In this document: positions 37,489 through 46,432 of the stretch, piece after piece
How positions within the stretch are numbered: the stretch's first letter is position 1
How the letters are laid out: each line of letters starts with the position of its first letter
DNA from: Streptosporangiaceae bacterium
GTDB taxonomy: Bacteria; Actinomycetota; Actinomycetes; Streptosporangiales; Streptosporangiaceae
DNA: 64,000 nucleotides
NCBI GenBank assembly: GCA_050011895.1
Contig: JBEKIF010000013.1
Coordinates: 27,744 to 91,743 of the forward strand
Reading direction: 5' to 3'
Notes under the pieces: generated by a model
Databases searched by the model: none
The model's input: the letters and a program-made list of their open reading frames with translations, nothing else
Told to the model about the DNA's origin: nothing
Made by a program: the position numbers and the translations under genes

Positions 37489-38484
37489 GTGCTGGATATG
37501 AGTTCAGCTGCGGGATCGCAGCCGGGGCTCCGGAGCTCGCGCGGCATCCGGCGGTTGTCGGCGGGGGAGGGCCGGGCCGAGTCGCGGCGCGGGCAGCTGT
37601 CTCCGGAGGCCACGGTAAGCTTCGCCGCCGAGCGCGGCGCTGCGGGCATCGACGACGTCTTCGCGGCCCTCGACCGCGAGCTTGTCGGCCTTGTGCCGGT
37701 CAAGAAACGGATCCAGGAGATCGGGTCGCTGCTCCTAGTTGACCGGGTTCGGCAGCGGTTCGGGCTGGCGGCACCCCGGCCGAACCTGCACATGTGCTTC
37801 ACTGGCGCCCCGGGGACCGGCAAGACCACCGTCGCGCTGCGGATGGCTGATCTCCTGCACCGGCTCGGTTACCTGGAGCGCGGTCAACTCGTGCATGCCA
37901 TGCGGAACGACCTGGTCGGCGAGTTCGTCGGTCAGACCGCGCCGAAGACCAAGAAGGTCCTCGACCGGGCGATGGGCGGCGTGCTGTTCATCGACGAGGC
38001 ATACTACCTCTACCGGACTTCGGACTCGCGGGACTACGGCCAGGAGGTTATCGACATCCTCCTCCAAGTGATGGAGAACGAGCGCGGCAAGCTCGTGGTG
38101 ATACTCGCTGGCTATAAAGACCGCATGGACACCTTTTTCGCGTCTAACCCCGGGATGAATTCCAGGATTGCTCATCACCTAGATTTCGCCGACTATGAGA
38201 CTGGCGAGCTGATAGCGATCGGGCGGCTGATGCTCGAGCAGGCCAGCTACTACCTCTCCGCGGAGGCAGAGATAGTGTTTCGTGACTACCTCATGCGCCG
38301 GATGCACCTGCCGCACTTCGCCAATGCCCGCAGTGTCCGCAACGAGCTGGAGCGGTCCCGGCTACGGCACGCGCACCGTCTTGCCGCCGACCTGCACCGC
38401 AGCTGGAGCCGGGATGATCTCATGCGCATCGAGCCCGTGGATCTCCTGGCCGGCGATGTCTTCTCGCTGCCGGTCACCGATTAA
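37489..38484 (+). CDS. CbbX/CfxQ-family AAA+ ATPase (SpoVK/EccA-C-terminal-like)
   Basis: Walker A GAPGTGKTT and Walker B VLFIDEAYYL, plus the CbbX-type regions VMENERGKLVVILAGYKDRMD and NARSVRNELER. The true start probably lies downstream of 37489. Confidence 0.75.
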   Translation: MLDMSSAAGSQPGLRSSRGIRRLSAGEGRAESRRGQLSPEATVSFAAERGAAGIDDVFAALDRELVGLVPVKKRIQEIGSLLLVDRVRQRFGLAAPRPNLHMCFTGAPGTGKTTVALRMADLLHRLGYLERGQLVHAMRNDLVGEFVGQTAPKTKKVLDRAMGGVLFIDEAYYLYRTSDSRDYGQEVIDILLQVMENERGKLVVILAGYKDRMDTFFASNPGMNSRIAHHLDFADYETGELIAIGRLMLEQASYYLSAEAEIVFRDYLMRRMHLPHFANARSVRNELERSRLRHAHRLAADLHRSWSRDDLMRIEPVDLLAGDVFSLPVTD

Positions 38485-38588
38485 TCCGAACGGGGCGTTA
38501 GAGCTGCTGGTGACATCCTGGCTGGACGCGGGCGGGCAGCATGGTGCGGGTAAGGCTGGTAGCAGATAGGGAGGCTGGGAGCACAAGG

Positions 38589-39251
38589 ATGCGGAAGCTT
38601 GTTCTTCAGATCGCCGCGATCTCCCTCGACGGCTACATCTGCGAGGAGGGCACAGAGTTCTGGCGGTCGTTCGGATCTGCGTCCCTCCCGCCAGCACCGG
38701 ACGATAACGAGTATGAGGACTACTTCCTTACGACACTGCGGCGCGCGGGGACCCACATCATGGGCCGCGTGACCTACGAGTCAATGGCAGATACCTGGCC
38801 GACGTCCACAGACCCGGTAGCCGCCATCATGAACGACATCCCGAAGGTCGTGTTCTCCAAGACCCTGCCTTCCGCAGACTGGCCGGAGGCACGGATCGCT
38901 CGCGGTGATACGGCCCAGGAGATTGCCCGGCTTAAGGCCGAGCCGGGCGGCGAGGTCGTCGCACACGGGGGCGCCCTGTTCGCGCAGTCCCTTGCGCGGC
39001 TCGGCCTCGTGGATGAGTACCGCTTGTATGTGCTTCCGGTGGCGGTGGCAAGCGGGAAGCCGCTGTTTACTGACGTCGGCCGTCCCCAGGGCTTGCGCCT
39101 GGTGTCGGGCCGGGTGTTTCAATGCGGTGTGCTCGCGCTCGAGTACCGGCCGATGACCGTCCAGGAACTGGAGGCGGTCGTCCCGATCCCGGACACCGGG
39201 AAGGAACTGCAAGCCAGGCTCGATGCGGCGCGATCCGGATCGGCTACCTAG
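38589..39251 (+). CDS. Dihydrofolate-reductase-like (RibD C-terminal domain) family protein
   Basis: MRKLVLQIAAISLDGYI start and the C-terminal motifs VVAHGGALFAQSLARLGLVDEYRLYVLPVAVASGKPLF. Confidence 0.7.
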   Translation: MRKLVLQIAAISLDGYICEEGTEFWRSFGSASLPPAPDDNEYEDYFLTTLRRAGTHIMGRVTYESMADTWPTSTDPVAAIMNDIPKVVFSKTLPSADWPEARIARGDTAQEIARLKAEPGGEVVAHGGALFAQSLARLGLVDEYRLYVLPVAVASGKPLFTDVGRPQGLRLVSGRVFQCGVLALEYRPMTVQELEAVVPIPDTGKELQARLDAARSGSAT

Positions 39252-39336
39252 ACAGGCTGCGGAAGACCAGCACCTGGCGAGTCAGGCCAGGCAGTTGCGG
39301 CTGGTGATCAGCCGCGTAAAGGGGGGAACAGCAATG

Positions 39337-39724
39337 GCGCATCCCAACGAGGACCTGCTCAGGCGGGGATACGCGGCGTACAACTCCGGCGACATGGACA
39401 CCGTCCAGGCCCTGTTCGATGACGACATCGTCTGGCACGCCGGAGGATCCAACCAGACCACTGGTGAGTACCGCGGCTTCCAGGAGATCATGGGCTTCTT
39501 CGGCAAAGTGATGGAGCTAAGCGGTGGCACCTTCCGCACAGAGATCCACGACGTCCTGGCCAACGACAGGCGCGGCGTCGTACTGGTGGACCTTCCATGC
39601 CGAGCGGGACGGGCAGACGGTGGCGCTCCGGTCGGCCGACATCTGGCATCTGGCAGACGGTAAGGTCACGGAACACTGGTCATTCTTTGAGGACCAGGCC
39701 GCCGCTGACAAGCTCTTCAGCTGA
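39337..39724 (+). pseudogene. SnoaL-like / NTF2-like protein disrupted by a +1 frameshift near 39590
   Basis: The N-terminal half (MAHPNEDLLRRGYAAYNSGDMDT...HDVLANDRRGVVLVD) is in one frame. The C-terminal half (FHAERDGQTVALRSADIWHLADGKVTEHWSFFEDQAAADKLFS) continues in the +1 frame. Deleting one C in gtggaccttccatgcc would restore a contiguous VVLVDFHAERDG reading. Confidence 0.65.
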
Positions 39725-40043
39725 CCCGCCCGGGCACGGCCTCTTCGTCCCGAAGCCAAGTTCATGGGTTCTCAGGCTGGGCGCATGTGGCACCTGACCT
39801 GCTGAGTTTGTTCGCGAGCGTCCGCGGGAGTCCAGGCACGAACGTCCCGATCGTCACTCAGTTGGTCACTCGGTTCAGCCAGCTAGGCAAAAGGCTGGGA
39901 CCTCTTCCTTATCAGGGTGTCGGCCTGGCAGCGCGAATAAGCTTCGGCCGCCTGTGACCTGGTGTCGTGAAGCGGCGGCGGCCGTGACTGCCCCCTCCGG
40001 TGACCTCCATATTCCTGGCTGCCCTAGGGCCAATGTAGGGCTA

Positions 40044-40085
40044 GCCCTAGGGGATCCTTGATTACCCCTAGGGGATCCTTGATTA
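40044..40085. repeat. Perfect 21-bp tandem direct repeat x2 (ccctaggggatccttgattac), iteron-like
   Basis: Read directly. The repeat contains the palindromic hexamers CCTAGG and GGATCC. A further cctagggc/gggctagccctagg dyad lies just upstream (40022-40048). Confidence 0.7.
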
Positions 40086-40227
40086 CTCTGCCAGACAGGC
40101 TCCGGCGGCGGTAGGTCGGCTGTGCCTTTGGCAGCGCGGCTGGCAGAGCTCACATGACTAACTTAGGGTTTCCGCGTCTGGTCCGCGAGCACCGGACGGC
40201 TGATCGTCTGCCAGGGCGCCTTGCGCT

Positions 40228-40275
40228 GTCGCTCTTGACAGCGTCGATATCATAGTGATATCATTTTAATAGGTG
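40228..40275 (+). promoter_or_regulatory. Candidate sigma70-type promoter with an embedded perfect palindromic operator
   Basis: The sequence TTGACAgcgtcgatatcatagtgatatcatTTTAAT has a TTGACA -35-like hexamer. It has a perfect 7-bp inverted repeat, GATATCA-tag-TGATATC. It has an AT-rich -10-like hexamer ~20 bp upstream of the ATG at 40288. Confidence 0.45.
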
Positions 40276-40287
40276 GTCGGATAGCCA

Positions 40288-40617
40288 ATGCCGCAGCTGA
40301 CGGGAAGTGTCCCGATGAACGCACAAAATGACAACACCGCTCCGAGCGGTCTGCGCGGGTGGTGGGCATCTCCCCCGCGATCGGGCATGCGACGCATAAT
40401 CTGGCCATTCGAGTACCGCCACCTCCGCGCGTTCGGACGCGTGCGCACTGCCGCTGGAATCGTCCTGGTCGGCCTTGGCGTCGTTACCCTCGTGGGGGGT
40501 TCCTTTGCAGCGGTGGCTATCGCGTGGGGGATAGTGTTCCTGGCGGCGGCGGCGGCGAACTTGGCGTGGGCCGCCTGGCTGATGGCTATCGCTCGTTCCG
40601 CATCTGCCCGAACCTGA
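40288..40617 (+). CDS. Small 2-TM membrane protein (hypothetical)
   Basis: 109 aa with a basic N-terminus and then two hydrophobic helices (IVLVGLGVVTLVGGSFAAVAIAW, IVFLAAAAANLAWAAWLMAIA). No family was recognised. Confidence 0.45.
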   Translation: MPQLTGSVPMNAQNDNTAPSGLRGWWASPPRSGMRRIIWPFEYRHLRAFGRVRTAAGIVLVGLGVVTLVGGSFAAVAIAWGIVFLAAAAANLAWAAWLMAIARSASART

Positions 40618-40816
40618 GCCTAGGGCCGGTAATCGATGGAGGTTCGGCGCGCGCCGCGCGGTGGTTCGTCAGTGGCGCACGCTCCTCGTGAGTGGGCGGG
40701 CGGTCGGGATGTGTCGACCCGGAGCGTCAGGCACTCAACCGAGGCATGTATACGAGCGGGCACGCCGAACTCGCGGATTAAAAGGCGGGCTCGGCCACGG
40801 TCGACCCGGTCTGAAT

Positions 40817-41062
40817 TCAGGTGAGTCGGCTGGGACGGCTTGGTGTGGGCCTAACGCGTTGTCGCCAGGTGAGATAAGCCCAGACGGCGTTTGCCACCGC
40901 GCCCGCGATCGTCAGTATCGCCCAGCCCCAGTAGCCGTAGGCCAGCAGGACGCCGGTCAGGGCGAGCAGCCAGGCCGTGACCAGCACGCGGATGACTATC
41001 ACGCTACGCGGATGCCTGCCGCCGAAGCGTGTAAGAGTGGCATGCTCAGTCGCGGTATTCAT
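40817..41062 (-). CDS. Small 2-TM membrane protein (hypothetical; distant paralog of 40288..40617)
   Basis: Same architecture and a shared AANxxWAxW-like motif (AVANAVWAYLTW vs AAANLAWAAWLM). The start is set at the internal MNTATE. It is convergent with the previous gene. Confidence 0.4.
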   Translation of the reverse strand: MNTATEHATLTRFGGRHPRSVIVIRVLVTAWLLALTGVLLAYGYWGWAILTIAGAVANAVWAYLTWRQRVRPTPSRPSRLT

Positions 41063-41189
41063 TACGCAGCCTCCTGTAGTGCCCGGGCACGCAGCCAACG
41101 AGTGGCGTGCAGTTACCGGGGTCCAGAGCAGCTATCTGCAGCGTACGCGTCCGGTGCGCGTCCGGGAAGTTCGTCGGGAACGGTGAATC

Positions 41190-42095
41190 TTGGCGACGCC
41201 GCCAGCCAAGTCCTGGTCGCGGCGCGGGGAGCGCCGGACGCGGCGCCGCAGGCGCCGCCTTGATACCGGCTCTCGCGCGGCGCGGCCGTTCGGGCCGGTT
41301 ACCGTGGCCAAGGCCTACCGGTTGCTGCATGCGATCTTCGAGACCGCGGTGGATGATCAGATGGTCCGCCGTAACCCCTGCCGGATCGAGGGCGCGGGCG
41401 AGGAGGATTCTCCAGAGCGCGAGGTCGTTTCGCTGCCCGTCGTGTTCGCGATCGCTGACGCGCTTCCTGTGCGCTACCGCGTGATGGTGCTGATGGCGAC
41501 TTTCGCGAGCATGCGCTGGGGCGAGCTGGTGGGCCTTCGCCGGGAGAACATCGACTTGGATGCGTGCGAGATCCGGATTGTCGAGACGACGGCTGAGCTG
41601 GACCGCGGAGACCTGCTGCCCGAGACGCCTAAATCGCGGGCAGGTCGGCGCACGGTGACGTTCCCGGCCGAACTGGTGCCCGAGTTGCGCTGGCATTTGG
41701 AACGGTTCGCCCAGCCGGGGGAGCGGGGCCTGGTCTGCGCCGGGCCGAAGGGCGCCACGCTGCGCCGGTCAAACTTCCGGCCGATCTGGAATGCCGCGTG
41801 CGACAAAGCAGGCATGCCCGGGCTGCACTTCCACGACCTGAGGCACGTGGGCGGGACGCTGGCCGCAGGTACCGGGGCGAGCCTTAAGGAGTTGATGGCC
41901 CGCCTGGGGCATTCGAGCACGCGCGCTGCGATGATCTACCAGCACGCGACCAGGGACCGTGACCAGGCCATCGCCAAGGCGCTCGGCGGCCTGGTCCAAC
42001 AGCTTCGGGCGACTACTGCGGACGGGCCGGAAGAGGTCAGCGGTGACGCGTACTTTCCGCTTGCTGTGGCCCGTATGTGGCCCGGCTCGGGCTGA
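41190..42095 (+). pseudogene. Tyrosine recombinase (phage-integrase family) lacking the N-terminal core-binding domain
   Basis: The catalytic domain is present (LHFHDLRHVGGTLAAGTGASLKELMARLGHSSTRAAMIYQH). The ORF begins mid-protein (..AYRLLHAIFETAVDDQMVRRNPC..) with an Arg-rich non-homologous leader. It ends 66 bp from the 3' end of tRNA-Gly. Confidence 0.7.
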
Positions 42096-42160
42096 GCTGA
42101 GCGAATCCTGACTGATCAGGGAGATGACCTGCTCTGGCCCAGCGACCTGGGCTTACGTGG

Positions 42161-42234
42161 TGGAGCGGGCGAAGGGAATCGAACCCTCATGACCAGCTTG
42201 GAAGGCTGGGGCTCTACCATTGAGCTACGCCCGC
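42161..42234 (-). tRNA. tRNA-Gly (anticodon TCC)
   Basis: The reverse complement reads GCGGGCGTAGCTCAATGGTAGAGC C CCAGC CTTCCAA GCTGG ... GGGTTCGATTCCC TTCGCCCGC TCCA. It has the cloverleaf arms and a TCC anticodon. Coordinates are from manual indexing, +/-1. Confidence 0.85.
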
Positions 42235-42368
42235 GGTACGTGGACCTCAGGCCGTAGCGTACCGCCTGTGGGAAGGCTCTCGCGTGCCGCCCGGCTGACG
42301 CGAGCGGGCTGGGCGCTGTTGCGCGCGGCCGCGCGATGCCGGAACACGGTAGGCTTCGGGTTGCCCGA

Positions 42369-42446
42369 CGGGATGTAGCGCAGCTTGGTTAGCGCGCCTG
42401 CTTTGGGAGCAGGAGGCCGCGGGTTCGAATCCCGCCATCCCGACCA
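42369..42446 (+). tRNA. tRNA-Pro (anticodon TGG)
   Basis: CGGGATG TA GCGC AGCTTGGTTA GCGC G CCTGC TTTGGGA GCAGG AGGCC GCGGG TTCGAAT CCCGC CATCCCG A CCA. It has U33, a TGG anticodon and G37. Coordinates are from manual indexing, +/-1. Confidence 0.85.
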
Positions 42447-42915
42447 AAAGTGCAGGTCGCAGGGCTTGCTGAGGACGGCCAAGTGGCTTCCAAGATCGTT
42501 TGAGTGTCCCGAACGTGGCGGGGGGCTCGATGTAAGTAGAGCCCTTTGATGCGGTGCTGCGTGGACGATGGAGGATTGTGGCCCTCCGGAGCCGCGCCCT
42601 GGTCAGCGTGGCGAGAGGGAGCTGCTCGCGGCAATTGCGAGCGTGCGCGGATTGCCGGATCGGTCGCAACCGGATGTGGCCCGGATCGAGCAGGCCGCGT
42701 GGCGACGCAGGAGGGGGCGCAGGCGAGCTGGCGTGAGCTGGCCGAAGCTACGCTCGCTTGCTGAACGTGGCACGCGACCACAGGTATCCGACGAGGGCGA
42801 TCCCGGCGCACCAGGTAAGAGCGGCGGCCGCGTAGCCACCCGACGGGGGTTCGTGGCCGCGTCCACCGGCAGCCACCGCTATATCCTTGACTACCCCGCC
42901 TGCGACTGGGACGCC

Positions 42916-43374
42916 ATGATCGCCACGCTGCTGACACTCCACGACCAGCAGCGCGAAGCGAACCTGGACACACGCCGCGGTCACCGCCCCCGGATGACTG
43001 CCCCCGGAACCGGCCGCCGCCCCGTCCTCACCCTCGCCGACCGGCTCCTGGCCACCATCCTCCACCAGCGCCTCGCCCTGCCCCAGGTCGCCATCGCCAC
43101 CTTGTTCGGCGTCCGGCCCGAGACAATCAACAAGCGCATCCGCGACATCCGCCAGCTCCTGGACCAGGCCGGATACACCATCCAGCCCCGGCCCGCACCG
43201 GCTCGCCAGCCTGGACGACCTTTACAGTCTCGCGACCGCAGAGGAAATCACCGTGCCTCCAGAGATCAAGACAGCGTGTTAATCATCTGCAAGCTCTTAG
43301 AACGGCTGCATTGGTGCCGGGGTATGGCGGGTGTCCGCAGAGGGGAGTTACCGTCGGCCCGTGACTCTTGCTGA
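42916..43374 (+). mobile_element. IS5/IS4-family (DDE_Tnp_4-type) transposase remnant: HTH_Tnp_4 region only, DDE domain missing
   Basis: PVLTLADRLLATILHQRLALPQVAIATLFGVRPETINKRIRDIRQLL matches the helix-turn-helix of DDE-superfamily transposases. The downstream sequence is non-homologous and has no DDE motifs. Confidence 0.55.
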
Positions 43375-44041
43375 CGCGTGGGAGGAGAATGCGCCGGATT
43401 GGATCGCGTGGGCGCGCGCTCCGCTGCATGACGGGTTCTGGGAGGGCACCTGGCCGACGCTGCGCGCGATCATGCCGGAGCCGGACGGCCCGGTCCTAGA
43501 TCTGGGCTGCGGGGAGGGCCGGGCGGCCCGGCTGCTTCTGGCGGCGGGGTGGCGGGTGATAGGCATTGAGCAGTCGGCGACGCTGGCGCGTGCTGCGGCC
43601 ACGGGTTCGCCGCCGGTGCCGGTCGTGCGGGCCGATGCCGCTGGGCTCCCCATCGCCGACCGGAGCGTCGGCCTGGTGGTGGCGTGCATGTCGCTGCTGG
43701 ATGTCGACGAATTCGAGGGCGCGGTCGCGGAGGCGGCGCGGGTCCTGCATCCGGGCGGGGTGTTCTGCATCGCGATCGTGCATCCATTCGACTCGGCTCT
43801 GGACGATCACGTCCCGGAGGGCGGCGCGTACCGGGTGCCGGGGCCGTACTTGCAGGCTCGCCGTTACGAAGATCACTTTGAGCGGGGTGGCCTGGCGATG
43901 ACGTTTGTCAGCATGCACCGGCCGCTCGGCGCCTATACCGCGGCCCTGTTCGGCCATGGCATGGTCATCACTGAGCTCCGCGAGCATGGCGACGGTGACA
44001 TCCCCTGGCTTCTGGTAATCCGCGCCCAGAAGCGCGGCTGA
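43331..44041 (+). CDS. Class I SAM-dependent methyltransferase
   Basis: Motif I VLDLGCGEGRAA, post-I acidic VIGIEQS and motif II-like LHPGGVFCIA. Confidence 0.7.
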   Translation: MSAEGSYRRPVTLADAWEENAPDWIAWARAPLHDGFWEGTWPTLRAIMPEPDGPVLDLGCGEGRAARLLLAAGWRVIGIEQSATLARAAATGSPPVPVVRADAAGLPIADRSVGLVVACMSLLDVDEFEGAVAEAARVLHPGGVFCIAIVHPFDSALDDHVPEGGAYRVPGPYLQARRYEDHFERGGLAMTFVSMHRPLGAYTAALFGHGMVITELREHGDGDIPWLLVIRAQKRG

Positions 44042-44553
44042 ACCGGGCACCTGGAGCAGGCGTCTGGCTGGGTGGACTGGTTCGTCGGCAAGCTCACCCG
44101 CCGCCAGATCCAGCCGGCGGTGTGGGACGCTGCGACAGCGTGCGCCTGCCTGCAAGCCGAGCGCGAGATCACCTGGGCTGATCGCCGCGCAGCCATGGCA
44201 GCTTCGTGTCATCGAGCAGGCCGACTGGCGGGCGTCAGGTGACTAGCACCCAGAACTCGGACGGATTCGGACCGTTCCCATCGTGGCCCGGGCCTGTCTC
44301 TTAATCGGTGGGTCGTAGCACCTCGCCGTCTGGGAGGGGGATCAGTCGGCCGACGACCCGGCGGCAGACCAAGAGCACGGGCAGCCGCACGCCCCTATAT
44401 CCGCAGCGCGCCAGGCTTCTGAGGTGCCCCGGTTTCGGCTAACCCTTGATACGGGGAGGAGCAGGCTACGATGGCAGACTCGCCACGGCGGTTGACCGGT
44501 GGCCGATGATCGCACCACGATTATGACGACAGTCATCTCAAAGGAGCGGTCGC

Positions 44554-44877
44554 ATGATCCTGATCAACATCAAGATGCCGATCCGGCCCGACAAGGTGGA
44601 CGAGTGGCTCGCACTAGCCGATTCCTACGCCAAGGATGTCAACTCCGAAGATGGCTGCCTATTCTTCCAGTTCGCCCGGAGCCTCACCGATAAGAACGAG
44701 TTCATCTGCATCGAGGGCTTCAAGGACGCCGAGGCGGGAGCCAACCACGTCAGGCAGCCGTACGTGAAGAGGTTCTTCGACACCGCGCCCGACCTCGTGT
44801 CTGCGCAGCCGCAGATCATCTACATCGACGCGCCGCATGACGGCTTCGGCCCGATGGGCGAGATCCAGCCTCGCTGA
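44554..44877 (+). CDS. Antibiotic-biosynthesis-monooxygenase (ABM) domain protein
   Basis: ~107 aa ferredoxin-like ABM pattern (MILINIKMPIRPDKVDEWLAL...CLFFQFARSLTDKNEFICIEGFKDAEA). Confidence 0.6.
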   Translation: MILINIKMPIRPDKVDEWLALADSYAKDVNSEDGCLFFQFARSLTDKNEFICIEGFKDAEAGANHVRQPYVKRFFDTAPDLVSAQPQIIYIDAPHDGFGPMGEIQPR

Positions 44878-45088
44878 CCGCCAACGGCAAGGTGCCGGAG
44901 CCTGACCGGATGCCTTCGGTTTACCTGATGAGGAAGAGATCCGATAGCTGTCGTGCTGCCTTCCCGATGGTGGTACCCGCCTGCGCTGGAAGACGTGATC
45001 GAGTTCTTGATCGCCGAGAAGCTCGCCAAACCGCGCGAGGGCTGGCGGAAGGTGCTCGACACGAGTCGTGACAACTTCGCCGGGCCTG

Positions 45089-45739
45089 CTAGGTGCCCGT
45101 CTGGCGGAAACGGGCAGCCAGACGGCCTACCCGCCCGGTAACGCCGCGCCTGCTGACCAGTCGCAGGCCAGGTATCAGTTTGGGCACCCGCTGGCGATAG
45201 CGCGGATAATCGCCAGGAAACTCGGCCTGCATGAGCCGTTCCTCGACGCGGATCTTGATCTCGAGAAACACGAGGAAAACAGGGAAGGGCAGGACCCATC
45301 GCCCGCCCCCGGCCAGCAGCAAGGAGCCGAGCATCATGCCCAGCATCCCGGTGTAGATGGGATGCCTGGTTACGCCGTACGGCCCGCTGGTACGGAGCTG
45401 GTGCTCCTGCTTCACCGCGGGTGCACCGCTCCACATCGTGCCGAGCGCGAGCCTGGCCCACAGCGTGAACGCCGTGGCCGCCAGCAGGATCGCCAGACCC
45501 AGGAGGCGAACCCAGGGCGTTAGGTGCACGGCCAGGGATTCCCAGTCTGCCTTGGGCACCGCGACCCACCCCACGCCCACGACGACCCAGCCCGATCGAA
45601 CGAACCACCTTCGGGTCCGTTCCACCGCCGGGGCGCGCGACTGGTTGTAAATCGCACCGGCGAGCCAGGTCAGCGCGAAAGCACCCCAGCACGCCGCGAG
45701 GCTGACCACGGCGAGCAGGTTCAGCTGCTGCGGCGTCAC
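45089..45739 (-). CDS. Isoprenylcysteine carboxyl methyltransferase (ICMT/PEMT) family membrane methyltransferase
   Basis: RHPIYTGMLGMMLGSLLL and a C-terminal EERLMQAEFPGDYPRYRQRV, with multiple TM helices. Confidence 0.7.
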   Translation of the reverse strand: MTPQQLNLLAVVSLAACWGAFALTWLAGAIYNQSRAPAVERTRRWFVRSGWVVVGVGWVAVPKADWESLAVHLTPWVRLLGLAILLAATAFTLWARLALGTMWSGAPAVKQEHQLRTSGPYGVTRHPIYTGMLGMMLGSLLLAGGGRWVLPFPVFLVFLEIKIRVEERLMQAEFPGDYPRYRQRVPKLIPGLRLVSRRGVTGRVGRLAARFRQTGT

Positions 45740-46049
45740 GCTGCAAACGTAGCCATGCCGCGACCTTTGTCAACAGTCTTTCCGTGCAGCACGACGGCGC
45801 GGCCACCGTGACGCCCGGCTGGCCTTCACCTGCGATCTGGCGCAGGTCGGGCAGCAGGTCGCGCAGTTCGGCGGCCACCGACTCAGACGGCTCGGCGAGC
45901 ACGATGAACACCGGGTCGCCGCCGGCGTCGGCTACCCAGGTCTCGGCGAGTCCTGGGCCCTGACGCGACCTACGGCAACGGTGCCTTGGTGGGCAGGCCC
46001 TGTTCCCGGCCGAGTGGCGGTGTCGGCACCGTAATGAGCCTGACGCTGA

Positions 46050-46346
46050 TCACGATGTCTCGGTTGCGCCGGCCTCGTCGCCCAGTTCGCTGGCCAGCGC
46101 GTCGGCGGCTGCCGCCTTGCGAGCGGCCAGCATCCTGGCCTTGCGTTCGATGTCCTCGATTTGGGCAGGCCCCCACGCATGCACCACCTCCGGCTCGACG
46201 GAGAGCCGCACAGTGAGCCGGCAGGAACCCGCATTGCCGTCGGTGACCATAGTCCGCGCGAGCCACATGTTGCAGCTGTCCGGCTGGAGCGCGACTGGGG
46301 CCTCGGCCAGCAGGGTCTCGCCCAGGGAGTCAAGCACGTCCAGCAT
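46050..46346 (-). CDS. Hypothetical small protein downstream of ugd
   Basis: 98-aa ORF with no recognisable motifs. It is on the same strand as the ugd operon. Coding status is uncertain. Confidence 0.2.
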   Translation of the reverse strand: MLDVLDSLGETLLAEAPVALQPDSCNMWLARTMVTDGNAGSCRLTVRLSVEPEVVHAWGPAQIEDIERKARMLAARKAAAADALASELGDEAGATETS

Positions 46347-46432
46347 CGCCCCGGGCCGGTCAGTAGAGCGGATATGCAGCTGACCATGAACACCCAGCTC
46401 ACGCGCCGTTAGCTGGCCGACGGCACGCGCAG

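Noticed and set aside
39990-40260. attL/attR copy of the tRNA-Gly 3' end
   Set aside because: I looked for a duplicate of tggagcgggcgaagggaatcgaaccc around the iteron-like repeats and did not see one by eye. The island boundary remains hypothetical.
45740-45960. Possible small gene (FIVLAEPSESVAAELRDLLPDLRQIAGEGQPGVTVAA...) at the 5' end of the long shadow ORF 44820..45911(-)
   Set aside because: It is only ~60 aa before running into the ICMT gene in another frame, and it has no start or RBS support and no motif. Evidence is insufficient to call it.
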